From positions 1 to 64,000 of IMG/VR virus record IMGVR_UViG_3300008267_000022: DNA of 64,000 nucleotides. One strand, given 5' to 3'. Origin of the DNA: a virus. The first letter of the stretch is position 1. Each line of letters begins with the position of its first letter. The position numbers were made by a program, and so were the translations under genes. The notes under the pieces are model-generated. The model worked only from the letters and a program-made list of their open reading frames with translations, ran no database searches and had not been told where the DNA came from. This document shows positions 8,973 to 19,115 of this stretch, one piece after another.

Positions 8973-9363
8973 AACCTTTATTTTTAATTTGCTTAAATAT
9001 ACGAATTTTTATTTATACCATTCATCCTCTTCACCATACCAATTATTTTCTAATTGGATACCCATTTCACTTAGGTATTCAACATAACTCATTCTATCTT
9101 CGGGATGCGCTTCGCGTTGATATTTTTCCCATGCTGCTCTTAATTCTGCTTCGCTTTTCATTTTCTATTTTTTATTATTTCAACATAACTAGCTCCATCA
9201 TAACCATTACTAGCCCATTTATCTAGTTCTGCCTCGTTTAATGTATATGCTAATCCTTCAATTTCTTCAATTGACATTTTATCAATTTGTTTTGCTGTAT
9301 AACTCATAACTTTTATTTTTATATTTTAAATATACGAAAAAACCCTCTTTCGAGGGTTTCCAT

Positions 9364-9660
9364 TTATCTACTTATTACTGATTCAATTACTTCTGTTCCT
9401 GAGTTAATCATTGCTATAACCCCACCCCACATATTCTCATCTGCTTCCCATTCTATTTCATGTTTAGCATGTTTCATTTGCCAATTTGATACTGCAAATC
9501 CCATTCCATCTAGTTTAAAATCACCATTATCATTTTTTCTAAATCTTAAATGGCCTACATTATCACACATACATGATACTGTTTTGAATATTACCTCTCT
9601 AGCTCCTTCTTTGATGGTTAGTTTAGGTGCGTTTAATCTTAATTCTCTATACTTACTCAT
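9364..9660 (-). CDS. hypothetical early protein
   Basis: Promoter cassette. Confidence 0.7.
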   Translation of the reverse strand: MSKYRELRLNAPKLTIKEGAREVIFKTVSCMCDNVGHLRFRKNDNGDFKLDGMGFAVSNWQMKHAKHEIEWEADENMWGGVIAMINSGTEVIESVISR

Positions 9661-9694
9661 AACTTTTCTTTTTTATTTACTTAAATATACGAAT

Positions 9695-9934
9695 TTAATT
9701 TTCATCATCATTTTCCTCTTCATCATCTTCATCATGCATTCTATCAATGTACTGTTGAATCCCCATGTTGTATGTTCCTGCTGCATCTAACCAACTACGT
9801 AAATGTCCTATAATATAAGCATTAGCATGTCCTTCTAATGAAGTTCCTCTTACTGCATCCCTAATTTTCTGAATTGCTGATTGTAGTTCATCTTTTGCTT
9901 CATCTAGCAAATCTATTCTATCAAATTTATCCAT
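9695..9934 (-). CDS. hypothetical protein with acidic tail
   Basis: Promoter cassette. Confidence 0.7.
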   Translation of the reverse strand: MDKFDRIDLLDEAKDELQSAIQKIRDAVRGTSLEGHANAYIIGHLRSWLDAAGTYNMGIQQYIDRMHDEDDEEENDDEN

Positions 9935-10059
9935 AACTTTTCTTTTTTATTTACTTAAATATACGAATTCAAATTTCATCAACTTACTCCTTTAGTATAT
10001 ACGTATTTGAGTATGATGGGTGTGGTGATGAAGAGCCAAAGCTATTCTTGTGATGATTA

Positions 10060-10377
10060 TTAACTAATTGTTATGTAATCAATACCAAAAAATTCCTTTA
10101 ATATTGCTGCTTCCTCTTCTTCATAGACAGTATTCCTCATTGCTAATAAAATATCTTTTAATGAACATGCTTTTTCTAATTGTACAATCGCTTCTTCAGT
10201 GTAACGTTCGTTAATTCGAATCGATTCAATTATTTCTTCAATTTCCTCAATTGCATTTTCTTCATTTCTGTTAATGATTATTTTGATATCTTCTCCCATA
10301 TCTACTTTAAAATCATAAATGAATTGTTCTAACATAATAACAATTCTTTCTTTGCCTTCTTTAAAATCTACTTTCAT
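10060..10377 (-). CDS. hypothetical acidic protein, resembles the 13532-13834 module
   Basis: F..GK..I and ACSLKDI vs ASTLKEI. Confidence 0.65.
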   Translation of the reverse strand: MKVDFKEGKERIVIMLEQFIYDFKVDMGEDIKIIINRNEENAIEEIEEIIESIRINERYTEEAIVQLEKACSLKDILLAMRNTVYEEEEAAILKEFFGIDYITIS

Positions 10378-10438
10378 AACTTATCTTTTTAATTTACTTG
10401 AATATACGACTTTGATTTTATTAAAAATTATCCTCTGA

Positions 10439-10777
10439 TTACCAATTAACAGGATATTTGGTTAATATTTCTGATGAGTATAAGTGTGAATTATCATTAT
10501 AGCTAACAACATCTTCCCACCAACGAATGCCTACCATTAGTCGGGGCACAGCAAATGAAGCTACATCATCATCATGAACATAAAATAATAAGTCATGTCT
10601 ACCACCTGTACCTTCTACTTCATTATCATCCTCATCTAAATCAGGGTTAGTAATTACTTCCTGTTCAAATTGGATCCTAGCATTAAAATTCTCCTGAAAG
10701 AAATCTGCTAAGTCTTGTGATGTGCTTTCGCCCATTACTGTTCCAGGCCAAACACATAGTTGATTGAATTTGCTCAT
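10439..10777 (-). CDS. hypothetical early protein
   Basis: Promoter cassette. Confidence 0.7.
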   Translation of the reverse strand: MSKFNQLCVWPGTVMGESTSQDLADFFQENFNARIQFEQEVITNPDLDEDDNEVEGTGGRHDLLFYVHDDDVASFAVPRLMVGIRWWEDVVSYNDNSHLYSSEILTKYPVNW

Positions 10778-10826
10778 AACTTTTCTTTTTTATTTACTTA
10801 AATATACGAATTTAATTTTATTGATT

Positions 10827-11291
10827 TTATTCCTCTACTTTAAGTGCAAACAGTATTTTTGCTCTTACACGATTACCATCATTTGGGTTTCCTATTACAA
10901 CACCATCAATAATTGAAAATGCATGACGTTTAACTATGATTAGATATTTACCCTTTGAGTATTTCTCTAAAAACATGTTTAGTGTTATTTCAGTGGGTTC
11001 ACCCCCATTCATTTGATGTCTTGCTGAGCCTGGGTATAGTAGATTTTCTTTGGGTATGATGTTGTATTTAATTCCTAGTATATTATCTCTAGTTCTTAGT
11101 TTAATAGCGGTTCCAAATGTACCTTTACGTGGTTGTCTATTAAACTCATCAGCTACAAATTCATGCGCCACATCATATTTTAAATTAAATGTGGAAGCGA
11201 CTGCTCTAACTACACAATCGTTACGTTCACCTTTAGCTGTTACACTTTCATTATAGCCAATAATATGGTCTGCAGAGCAAATACTTTTCAT
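10827..11291 (-). CDS. DCVVRA-motif protein, possible Cys/His peptidase-like fold
   Basis: NDCVVRAVA...RHAFSIIDG. Confidence 0.5.
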   Translation of the reverse strand: MKSICSADHIIGYNESVTAKGERNDCVVRAVASTFNLKYDVAHEFVADEFNRQPRKGTFGTAIKLRTRDNILGIKYNIIPKENLLYPGSARHQMNGGEPTEITLNMFLEKYSKGKYLIIVKRHAFSIIDGVVIGNPNDGNRVRAKILFALKVEE

Positions 11292-11373
11292 AACTTTTAT
11301 TTTTTTAATTATGAATTAAACATACGAAAAGCCCTCTTTCGAGAGCTTTCCTTTTTATTATTTTTTGTATTTA

Positions 11374-11754
11374 TTATTCAATTACTTCAATATTAAGTGA
11401 GGAATCAGTAACATCCTCTTCAATGATGTCCTCTTTAACATCTTCAAAACGGCGTAATACTGCATTGATATGATCCATTGCATCATAAACATTGATTTGG
11501 GCATCCTCAAGTTCAATTACATTCCCATAACCAATTGAAAATTCAGCATTTTCCTTATCAACTAAATCACTGCTGTTATAATCTAAACAACGTTCAATTT
11601 CTCCTGATAATTCATCAATTAATTCCTCACTCAATGTTGTTACTGTTTTAACATCATCTAGCTTATTGATGAGTTCAATTACTTTATCAATATCAACCTG
11701 TGATGATAATGCTTTTGCTGTTTCTAGTTGTGCTACTAATTCTGCTTTTTTCAT
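11374..11754 (-). CDS. hypothetical acidic protein
   Basis: Promoter cassette. Confidence 0.7.
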   Translation of the reverse strand: MKKAELVAQLETAKALSSQVDIDKVIELINKLDDVKTVTTLSEELIDELSGEIERCLDYNSSDLVDKENAEFSIGYGNVIELEDAQINVYDAMDHINAVLRRFEDVKEDIIEEDVTDSSLNIEVIE

Positions 11755-11808
11755 AACTTTTATTTTTTTAAATTTATACCTTAAATATACGAACTTGATT
11801 TTTAAACT

Positions 11809-12180
11809 TTATTCCTCTAATTCATCTTTTAAAATTTTAATTGTATTTTGAAGGGTATACAACAACCACACACCATCGTTATTTAAATAATACACATATT
11901 CTTCTCCACTGTTGAAACCATTTTCAAACAAATCTTCAATGTTTAGATAGTCTGTTGAGCACAGATCTTCCCCTCTATCTCTATGATATGCCACTGTATT
12001 TTCAGTTGATTCACCTAGTGATGATATATCACCTAATTCAATTAGTTTTTCTAATTTTTCCTTATCATAGTGGTTGTATAATGTTTTACCCACACCACTA
12101 ACATAACCATCAAAATGACAATAAATTGATTTTACTGTACCTGATTCGGTTTCAATTGCAATTCTACTTCTTGTACTCAT
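11809..12180 (-). CDS. conserved phage protein (MSTRS..YCHxDGY family)
   Basis: SIYCHFDGYVSGVG...EYVY. Confidence 0.7.
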   Translation of the reverse strand: MSTRSRIAIETESGTVKSIYCHFDGYVSGVGKTLYNHYDKEKLEKLIELGDISSLGESTENTVAYHRDRGEDLCSTDYLNIEDLFENGFNSGEEYVYYLNNDGVWLLYTLQNTIKILKDELEE

Positions 12181-12229
12181 AACCTTTATTTTTTTAAATT
12201 ATACACTAAATATACGAATAATATTCTTG

Positions 12230-12466
12230 CTAAAGATTTCCTTCTATATACTCTAATACTTCTTGGGATGCTTTACTTCTAAATATACTCTGGTTATCCC
12301 AGTCAAACATTCTATAGAATACCATAGCATTATCTTGAATGTTACTAAACGAATTAATTCGCTTTAACTTTTCATCTACATAACCAAACTGATTGCTATA
12401 TGTGTTCCATATATCAGTTGCTATAGCTTTCATTTCATCAAATACTTCTTGGCTTGGTGTTTCCAT
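12230..12466 (-). CDS. hypothetical protein
   Basis: ORF track. Confidence 0.65.
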   Translation of the reverse strand: METPSQEVFDEMKAIATDIWNTYSNQFGYVDEKLKRINSFSNIQDNAMVFYRMFDWDNQSIFRSKASQEVLEYIEGNL

Positions 12467-12668
12467 AGTTATTTCATTCTGTTGATTAAAACTTTAAATA
12501 TACCCTTTTCCTCATAAGTGTTTTTAACTGTTGTTTCAAATAGTCTTTCTGGGTATGAGTAGTAATATCTTTTTATTTTGATTTTTAACTCATCCTGTGT
12601 TTTAGCAGTTAAAGTCACATTCATTCTTTCATCATCCATTTTTCATGTTTTAATATACGAATTTGTAT

Positions 12669-12881
12669 TTAGTAATTTTTTCCCTTGAAGTAAATTATTG
12701 CTCCTATAATTCCGAAGATAAGCAAACCTAAACATAATGGAATCCAAATTGGAGAAAAAATCCACCACCATGACCAGTACTGTACTGGTCCAACTTCTGC
12801 TAATTTAAGTGTTAGGAAGATAAGGAACAATATTGTTCCTAATCCGATTCCATTACTTGTTGTTTTTGATTCTTTTGACAT
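12669..12881 (-). CDS. two-TM membrane protein (WSWWW..SPIW type)
   Basis: LFLIFLTLKL..WSWWWIFSPIWIP. Confidence 0.7.
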   Translation of the reverse strand: MSKESKTTSNGIGLGTILFLIFLTLKLAEVGPVQYWSWWWIFSPIWIPLCLGLLIFGIIGAIIYFKGKNY

Positions 12882-12897
12882 GTTTTATTTTGTTTTA

Positions 12898-13416
12898 TTA
12901 TTCAAATACTATTGTATCTCCTTTTATTTTGTATTGAAATGATCTACCAATTTCATATTGGCGATATTGAGTTGATTTGAGTACTCTTCTAATTTCATCT
13001 TTTGCTCTAGTTAAAGGGCGCCTTGTATCTTCTTTTTTATCTCCTTCTTGTAGGACATGTTTGCTAACTTTCATCCCATAAACAAACAACGTACCTGATT
13101 CATTATGAATTTTTAATCCTTTACCTACATGAGTATAAGCATTAACAACTCCTTCTGATCTGTTTTTAGATGGGGCAATAAAACTATTAAGTAAATCAAC
13201 TCTAGCTTCTTCTAATAAATCAATATCTAAATTACTATTCAATGTATTTACATCTAACTGTAATAAAAATTCAATATCTTTTTCTTTTGCGTTTTGATAA
13301 TCAACACCCACATTAAATACTGTACGATGTTTTTCATTTTGTTGATTTACATAAGTAACAGATACAAATGATACTCCTGTAATGCCTTCTAATTTTTTAG
13401 CTAATTCATCTTTCAT
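12898..13416 (-). CDS. hypothetical early protein
   Basis: Promoter cassette. Confidence 0.7.
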   Translation of the reverse strand: MKDELAKKLEGITGVSFVSVTYVNQQNEKHRTVFNVGVDYQNAKEKDIEFLLQLDVNTLNSNLDIDLLEEARVDLLNSFIAPSKNRSEGVVNAYTHVGKGLKIHNESGTLFVYGMKVSKHVLQEGDKKEDTRRPLTRAKDEIRRVLKSTQYRQYEIGRSFQYKIKGDTIVFE

Positions 13417-13531
13417 AACTTTTTTATTTTAAATATACGAACTTTATTTTGATAACTCTATTCCTAATTCTAAAAGAAATAAAGTCATATAGATCTCAAA
13501 TCGAGCTATCTCAATTTCCTCTACTTGTTGT

Positions 13532-14155
13532 TTAGCTGTTTTTCTCATCCTCTTCATGCATAAAGAAATCAATAATTACCTCATCATCATTTTCTAAATT
13601 AGTATCTTCGATCAAATCAAATATTTCTTTTAATGTTGAAGCATTTTTAATTGCTACTACTCTATCAATATAATCTTTTTCATATAAATTAAATGACTCT
13701 ACCTCTCTCCCTATTGAATCCATACTAAGCATTGAATGAATGCACATTAATGCTCCTTCTTCAGCCATTTCAAATTGATGATCGAAATAGTGGATTAAAG
13801 CTGTTTTTCCTTTTTCAAAATTAAATGTTTTCATATCTTTTTTTTCTTTTAATATACGACTTTCTTTTTTAAATGATTGTTCCTCTGACTTAGCAAACAT
13901 ATGTTCATAGTACTCGCCATCATTTTGCCCATTATCATCCCCATCTCGAACCCATTTTATCTCGATAAGCTCACCCCCATCACGATCAGTATAATATTGA
14001 CCTGTAAATACTGCTTTTGCTCCTTTTTTAGCTGAGTATACACCTTGTGGGTCAAATTCTAATATGTCTCCTTTTTTAAATTTCATGTTTTGTTTTGGTT
14101 GTGGAAAATCCCCATCTGATAGTTGGGGGTCATCCCATGATGAATAATTACTCAT
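13532..14155 (-). CDS. apparent in-frame fusion of two cassettes (internal promoter and start at 13834)
   Basis: Promoter/leader is translated as SRILKEKKDM. Confidence 0.6.
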   Translation of the reverse strand: MSNYSSWDDPQLSDGDFPQPKQNMKFKKGDILEFDPQGVYSAKKGAKAVFTGQYYTDRDGGELIEIKWVRDGDDNGQNDGEYYEHMFAKSEEQSFKKESRILKEKKDMKTFNFEKGKTALIHYFDHQFEMAEEGALMCIHSMLSMDSIGREVESFNLYEKDYIDRVVAIKNASTLKEIFDLIEDTNLENDDEVIIDFFMHEEDEKNS

Positions 14156-14317
14156 TGTTAAAATTCAATTTCAAAGTTTAATTTTCTGCATCTCGCTTCA
14201 ATAGCTTTTTTACTGCTATTTTTAATTCCTAACCATTCCGCTACTTGCATTTGGTTATCAAACCATCTTGAATTACTAATACTTGTTTTTAATCGTATCA
14301 TAACTTTTCTTTTTTAA

Positions 14318-14596
14318 TTACCAATGGTTTCCGTTATTTCTTGATGGGTTTTGTGCAAATGCTTCTTTACACATCATTTCTACATGATTATCTTTAAACG
14401 CACCCCAAGGAACAAACCCTAAATATGTTCCATAAGTGTACCCATATGTATTAACTTTAACAATTTGTTTTAGTATATCCATTTCCTCATCTGTTTTAGC
14501 TATTTGTTCAGCTGAGATTGTACGTAATTGACCATATCTGTCACAACCGCTTGTTTTGTAATGGTTAATTAATTTTTTTTCAATTTCATGTCTCAT
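14318..14596 (-). CDS. hypothetical early protein
   Basis: Promoter cassette. Confidence 0.7.
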   Translation of the reverse strand: MRHEIEKKLINHYKTSGCDRYGQLRTISAEQIAKTDEEMDILKQIVKVNTYGYTYGTYLGFVPWGAFKDNHVEMMCKEAFAQNPSRNNGNHW

Positions 14597-14639
14597 AACC
14601 TTTATTTTTTAATTATACCTGAAATATACGAAAGCTCTC

Positions 14640-15413
14640 TTAATTGAGAGCTTCCTTTTTAACTTGTTTTGAAAACTGTTCTAACAATTCCTCTGGACTT
14701 AAATTATCATATTCAACATCTTTTTTCTTAAACATAACATCTCTGTCATTGTATGAATCAATTCGAAATTCAATGAAACTACCTGATTCAAATTCAACCT
14801 TAACTGTATCAAACGAACCATAATACTTTGCATAGTCACGTCCACTTGTAACTGTAGCTGAAGGGTACAATGTTTTATATTTTTCAAGTGTAGCATTTAG
14901 CAATGCAGTTGTTTTGTTATATTCTTCAAATCGACGTTTTTCCTTTTCATTATGCTCCAACAATTTAGTTAATAATGTACTTGGTTTAACATAACGAGAT
15001 TGTTCTTGAATACTCCATGATTGTATTTTGTCTCGTTGAACATCAAAACCAAACACACCATCTTTTAATTCTTTAGTTGTTGTATCAAAACGTTTACCTA
15101 ACAAACTAACCCCACCTGTACAGAACTTTGCTGTAACTTCAGTTTCAAATTGAGTTTGATTGTAACTATAACCTAATGTTACTTTACGTGTGTCAGTGAA
15201 TGATTTGAAATCGTTTTTGAAATGAACATCTTTAACAAATCCTGCATCAATGAGCATCTTTTCAATTCGTTGACGTTCATTTTCATGGGATGTGGTGCTT
15301 TTTTCTTGGTTAGCAATGTATGTATCAACTTGTTTTTGTTGGTCAGGTGTTAACAACACACCTGCAAATAAATCCAATTGATTTGGATCCTTAATTTCTT
15401 CTAAATTTTCCAT
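14640..15413 (-). CDS. hypothetical protein with N-terminal QLDLF clamp-binding-like motif
   Basis: DPNQLDLF. Confidence 0.65.
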   Translation of the reverse strand: MENLEEIKDPNQLDLFAGVLLTPDQQKQVDTYIANQEKSTTSHENERQRIEKMLIDAGFVKDVHFKNDFKSFTDTRKVTLGYSYNQTQFETEVTAKFCTGGVSLLGKRFDTTTKELKDGVFGFDVQRDKIQSWSIQEQSRYVKPSTLLTKLLEHNEKEKRRFEEYNKTTALLNATLEKYKTLYPSATVTSGRDYAKYYGSFDTVKVEFESGSFIEFRIDSYNDRDVMFKKKDVEYDNLSPEELLEQFSKQVKKEALN

Positions 15414-15470
15414 AACCTTTATTTTTTAATTTATTTAAATATACGAAATTGATTTTAAAATAGAGTTTCC

Positions 15471-15824
15471 TTATCTTTGAAAACAATAACTAAAACTCTC
15501 TTGATAATCATCATTACTAGCCATTTCCCTTAATTTATCAGCAGTAACAGAATTATAAAAATCTTCACCACGACCAACTACATCATAAACCAAATCACTC
15601 CAGCTATCATCACTAACATCAAAACCGGGCCCTCCATCTCTACCTAACCAAGCATCATGGTATATTTTAGATAATGTTTTGGCCTTTTCATGTACAAATT
15701 CTTTTAATTCTTTAAAAGTTTTATCATCTAAACTAGATAATTCTACTTCTATTCTTCGGTAACTATGATCAGATTTCCATTTTGTAGCTTCGATTAGTTC
15801 CCAATTTTTCTTTTCGTTTGTCAT
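15471..15824 (-). CDS. hypothetical protein, DUF4240-like pattern
   Basis: W.LIE...SDDSWSDL...VVGRGEDFY...ESF.Y. Confidence 0.5.
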   Translation of the reverse strand: MTNEKKNWELIEATKWKSDHSYRRIEVELSSLDDKTFKELKEFVHEKAKTLSKIYHDAWLGRDGGPGFDVSDDSWSDLVYDVVGRGEDFYNSVTADKLREMASNDDYQESFSYCFQR

Positions 15825-15829
15825 AATTC

Positions 15830-16024
15830 TTATTTTAGGTATTTAACTCTTCTAGTTTTGATTTCGTCTTTATCATATCCATCTTTGACAAGTTGCATAA
15901 TTAACTGTCGTTTTGAATGATATGCTACATTGTGAATAGCAATCCCACCTTCAACCCAAATGTCGTAACCAATATTGGTCCAACTTTCTTCATAATGATA
16001 ACCCATAAACATTGTTACACCCAT
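15830..16024 (-). CDS. hypothetical early protein
   Basis: Promoter cassette. Confidence 0.6.
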   Translation of the reverse strand: MGVTMFMGYHYEESWTNIGYDIWVEGGIAIHNVAYHSKRQLIMQLVKDGYDKDEIKTRRVKYLK

Positions 16025-16061
16025 AACTCTTATTTTTTAATTATACATCAAATATACGAAG

Positions 16062-16568
16062 TTAATTTTTATTAAGTAGTTCCTCTAATGATTTTGGTTT
16101 ATAATCTACATGTTCACAAGAAACACAAATGTAACGGTAATCTATTTCTTCCCAACCATCAAGCATTTTCATTACTTGCTTTTCATGAATATGGCCATGT
16201 ATGTTTTTTGGAAAGCGGTATTCAAGTTCCATTGGATGAATTGGGCAATGTGTTAATATAAAACCTTTATACTGTACCATTCCTGTTACGCTAACAACGT
16301 GTTCAAGTAATTTATGAACATCTTGACGGCGATCATGGTTTCCCATTACAACATGCTTCATACCATTTAATTGGTCAAGTAAGTGGTATGGGGCTGATTT
16401 TTCCATTGTTACATCACCTAAAATATAGGTAATGTCTCGTTTAGTTACCACACTATTCCATTGAGTAATAGCATACTCATCATGTTCCTCTACAGTTGAG
16501 AAACCACGTTTAATAGCCATGTTAGTATGGCCTAAATGTAAATCTGCTATAAATCGAACAACACTCAT
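16062..16568 (-). CDS. calcineurin-like metallophosphoesterase
   Basis: DLHLGH, LGD, GNHD, TH, HGHIH. Confidence 0.9.
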   Translation of the reverse strand: MSVVRFIADLHLGHTNMAIKRGFSTVEEHDEYAITQWNSVVTKRDITYILGDVTMEKSAPYHLLDQLNGMKHVVMGNHDRRQDVHKLLEHVVSVTGMVQYKGFILTHCPIHPMELEYRFPKNIHGHIHEKQVMKMLDGWEEIDYRYICVSCEHVDYKPKSLEELLNKN

Positions 16569-16577
16569 TTTTTTATA

Positions 16578-16898
16578 TTAAGCAGTTAACCAATTTGTAT
16601 CATCCATCAATTGGATAGATTCACTACCATCATACTCGTTGATGATGAATTTTGCACCCTCAGGTACCCATACAATATTTAAGTCGGCAATACCACCTGA
16701 ATATGCGTCAGGGTATTTTTTTTCTACATATGTTATTGCGTCTTGGGTTGTTCCATTTTCAATTAGGTCAACCAAAGTAGGGTCAAATATGGCTTCAACC
16801 GGAGCACCCCATGTAAGAAACCCTGCACCCCAACCATAAGATACTAATACTGCTACTTTTCCGTCTCGAACTACTTTTTTCATATTATTCATTTTCAA
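16578..16898 (-). CDS. conserved phage hypothetical protein
   Basis: VAVLVSYGWGAG...EYDGSE. Confidence 0.7.
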   Translation of the reverse strand: MKMNNMKKVVRDGKVAVLVSYGWGAGFLTWGAPVEAIFDPTLVDLIENGTTQDAITYVEKKYPDAYSGGIADLNIVWVPEGAKFIINEYDGSESIQLMDDTNWLTA

Positions 16899-17127
16899 AA
16901 TTTGACGTAACTACTAATCGCTCAGGTAAATACTCTATTTGGCCTGCGCATTGGTTATATTTTGGATAATTTTTATTTTCTAACAACTCAAAATAACATT
17001 TACCATCTTGAGTATAAAGCAATTTACCTCTAAAAGTGGAAAATAGGTTAGTAACTAACACTTTTCCAATCATGTCTTTTAGATTAGCGTTTACTTCAAT
17101 CCTCGGTGTTATCTTGTTTCTGCCCAT
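16885..17127 (-). CDS. hypothetical protein
   Basis: ORF track; operon packing. Confidence 0.55.
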   Translation of the reverse strand: MGRNKITPRIEVNANLKDMIGKVLVTNLFSTFRGKLLYTQDGKCYFELLENKNYPKYNQCAGQIEYLPERLVVTSNFENE

Positions 17128-17455
17128 TGTTTAATTTATCTAAATCTTCTTTTAATCGTTCTATAAATGATTCTTCACCATCATCTCCACTCATATACCA
17201 ATCAATTCTATGAGCATATATTTGGGCAATGCGAAGTACTTTTACTGCTTCTTTAAATGCTTCAATAATTTCATCTTGATGCTTATAATGAAATTTATCT
17301 TCAGGGTATTTTTCGTACCAATCTGGGTCTCTCCATCGTTCTTCATCTAGCTCACGTTTGGTTTTTTCTCGGCCATTATCTCTAATGCATTGCTCAATTT
17401 CATCAGCAATATAACCAATTTTATATTGGTCGTAATTAAAAGCTCCTCCTGACAT
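17096..17455 (-). CDS. conserved phage protein (MSGG.F.Y...W..SGDDGE)
   Basis: Motif pattern. Confidence 0.7.
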   Translation of the reverse strand: MSGGAFNYDQYKIGYIADEIEQCIRDNGREKTKRELDEERWRDPDWYEKYPEDKFHYKHQDEIIEAFKEAVKVLRIAQIYAHRIDWYMSGDDGEESFIERLKEDLDKLNNGQKQDNTED

Positions 17456-17472
17456 TGTTTTATTTTTTGTGG

Positions 17473-18054
17473 TTAATATACGAATTCTATTTTATCTTTT
17501 AATACCCTTTTCAAATTAGCTTTAGCTTTAAATAAATTTGATTTAGATGTACCTTCACTGATGCCTAATTCATTTGCAATTTCAGCATGAGAATATTCTT
17601 CAATAACATACATGTTAAATACTATTCTATAAGCAGGAGATAATTTAGCTACTGCTTCTAACATTAACTTAGTAACCCTTTGTTGATCACCTTGCAATTC
17701 AAAATCATATATCTCATCATGATCAGTTGTTTTAAACATACTATCCTGGTCACTTAATGTTATTTTTCGTTTTCGTTTTCGTTCTCTAAGCTTATCAATT
17801 GCTAGATTAACAATGATTCTTTTCATCCAGAACCAAATGTCAACTGTAAAGTTATATGTTGATAGTTTATTAAATATTTTAATAAACCCTTCTTGGAGTA
17901 CTTCATTAGCATCATCTTCATTCCCCATATACCGATAACTAAGAGACATTAATCGACCAGCATAGGTATCAAATAGGATTTTTTGGGATTTTCTATCATT
18001 GTTGATGCACCCTTTAACGATATCTTCTATTTTATTTTTAACTTGGTAATCCAT
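17473..18054 (-). CDS. RNA polymerase ECF-type sigma-70 factor
   Basis: Region 2 DANEVLQEGFIKIF..WMKRIIVN; region 4 LSPAYRIVFNMYVIEEYSHAEIA..LGISEGTSKSNL. Confidence 0.93.
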   Translation of the reverse strand: MDYQVKNKIEDIVKGCINNDRKSQKILFDTYAGRLMSLSYRYMGNEDDANEVLQEGFIKIFNKLSTYNFTVDIWFWMKRIIVNLAIDKLRERKRKRKITLSDQDSMFKTTDHDEIYDFELQGDQQRVTKLMLEAVAKLSPAYRIVFNMYVIEEYSHAEIANELGISEGTSKSNLFKAKANLKRVLKDKIEFVY

Positions 18055-18112
18055 AACTCTTATTTTTACTTAAATATACAACTTTATCTTAATTAAAAAA
18101 TATCCTTTGATA

Positions 18113-18147
18113 AAAAACCTGCCGCACGCTTGCAGTCGCACGGCAGG
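18113..18147 (-). terminator. intrinsic terminator of structured RNA
   Basis: 11-bp CCTGCCGTGCG/CGTGCGGCAGG stem plus TTTTT. Confidence 0.7.
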
Positions 18148-18173
18148 AAAAGAAACGGTTATGAAGCGTTTTG

Positions 18174-18245
18174 TAGTCAGGGTGGGATTCGAACCCACGG
18201 GTACCTATCACTTTTCGATTTATTAAATCTTATAGTAACCTGACC
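18174..18245 (-). ncRNA. tRNA-like RNA (acceptor and T arm, no canonical D or anticodon arm)
   Basis: GGTCAGG/CCTGACT-A; GTGGG-TTCGAAT-CCCAC. Confidence 0.65.
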
Positions 18246-18311
18246 TACCCCGAATTTTCTAGTAGCGGCACTTTTACGCGGCCGTCGGTTCTACTTGCGA
18301 CGATTTTTTGC

Positions 18312-19115
18312 TTAGGCAGCTGTATATTCAGCTGCCATTGCAAATAATTTTTGGTTAATTTCCATATCTTGTTTGAAATTCTTTACTTTACGTGCTTTTC
18401 TAGATTTAGCTCCTGACATGTATGTAAAGTCTCCATCCAAAATTTTCTCTTGGATTACATTAAACACTGACCATAAGTCGCTTCCTTTATCTTCTGGTCG
18501 AGTTGGTTCTAGTAATTTGTCTAAATCGAAACTCATTCCTTCTACTTGATCTTCAGTAAATCTTGTTGTGAGTGCTTTCTTAGCTAGTTCTTTTGCTTGA
18601 TCTTCTGATAATTGGATTTGTTTCATTTTATTCATTGACTCAACTGTCAGTGGTAGTTGTTCAACCATGGCACGAACTTGTTCTTGTAGTTCCTCAAATG
18701 TGTAACCCATATGACGAATTTTTACATTTTCAAATTCCTGTGTTGAAATAACTAGTCCATTCTCACAAACCATTCTAAATAAACCAGCGGTGAATGTAAA
18801 TGCATTCTTCCCATCATTTGAATTAGTTAATAGGATTTGTGGGAATACTGTATCACCATCTGATCCATTGATTACTACATCAGGGTTTCTAAACACGACT
18901 AAATGTTTTTGGTAACCTTGGCCTTTACGGGCTTTAACTTGTTTGGCATCAACTACTCCCCAACCTAATTGTTCCATATCCTCAATCACTCTGTGAGTTG
19001 GGATGTGAATAAATTTGCTTGATACAGTCGGTGCTGCACTTGTTGTGAAAATTGAGTTAGCGCGTTGCTTAACTTCGTCCATTTTCAAAAATCCATCTTT
19101 GCTTAAATCTAACAT
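18312..19115 (-). CDS. DUF932/DUF945-family protein
   Basis: ILLTNSNDG..AF..AGLFRMVCENG; DLWSVFNVIQE. Confidence 0.85.
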   Translation of the reverse strand: MLDLSKDGFLKMDEVKQRANSIFTTSAAPTVSSKFIHIPTHRVIEDMEQLGWGVVDAKQVKARKGQGYQKHLVVFRNPDVVINGSDGDTVFPQILLTNSNDGKNAFTFTAGLFRMVCENGLVISTQEFENVKIRHMGYTFEELQEQVRAMVEQLPLTVESMNKMKQIQLSEDQAKELAKKALTTRFTEDQVEGMSFDLDKLLEPTRPEDKGSDLWSVFNVIQEKILDGDFTYMSGAKSRKARKVKNFKQDMEINQKLFAMAAEYTAA

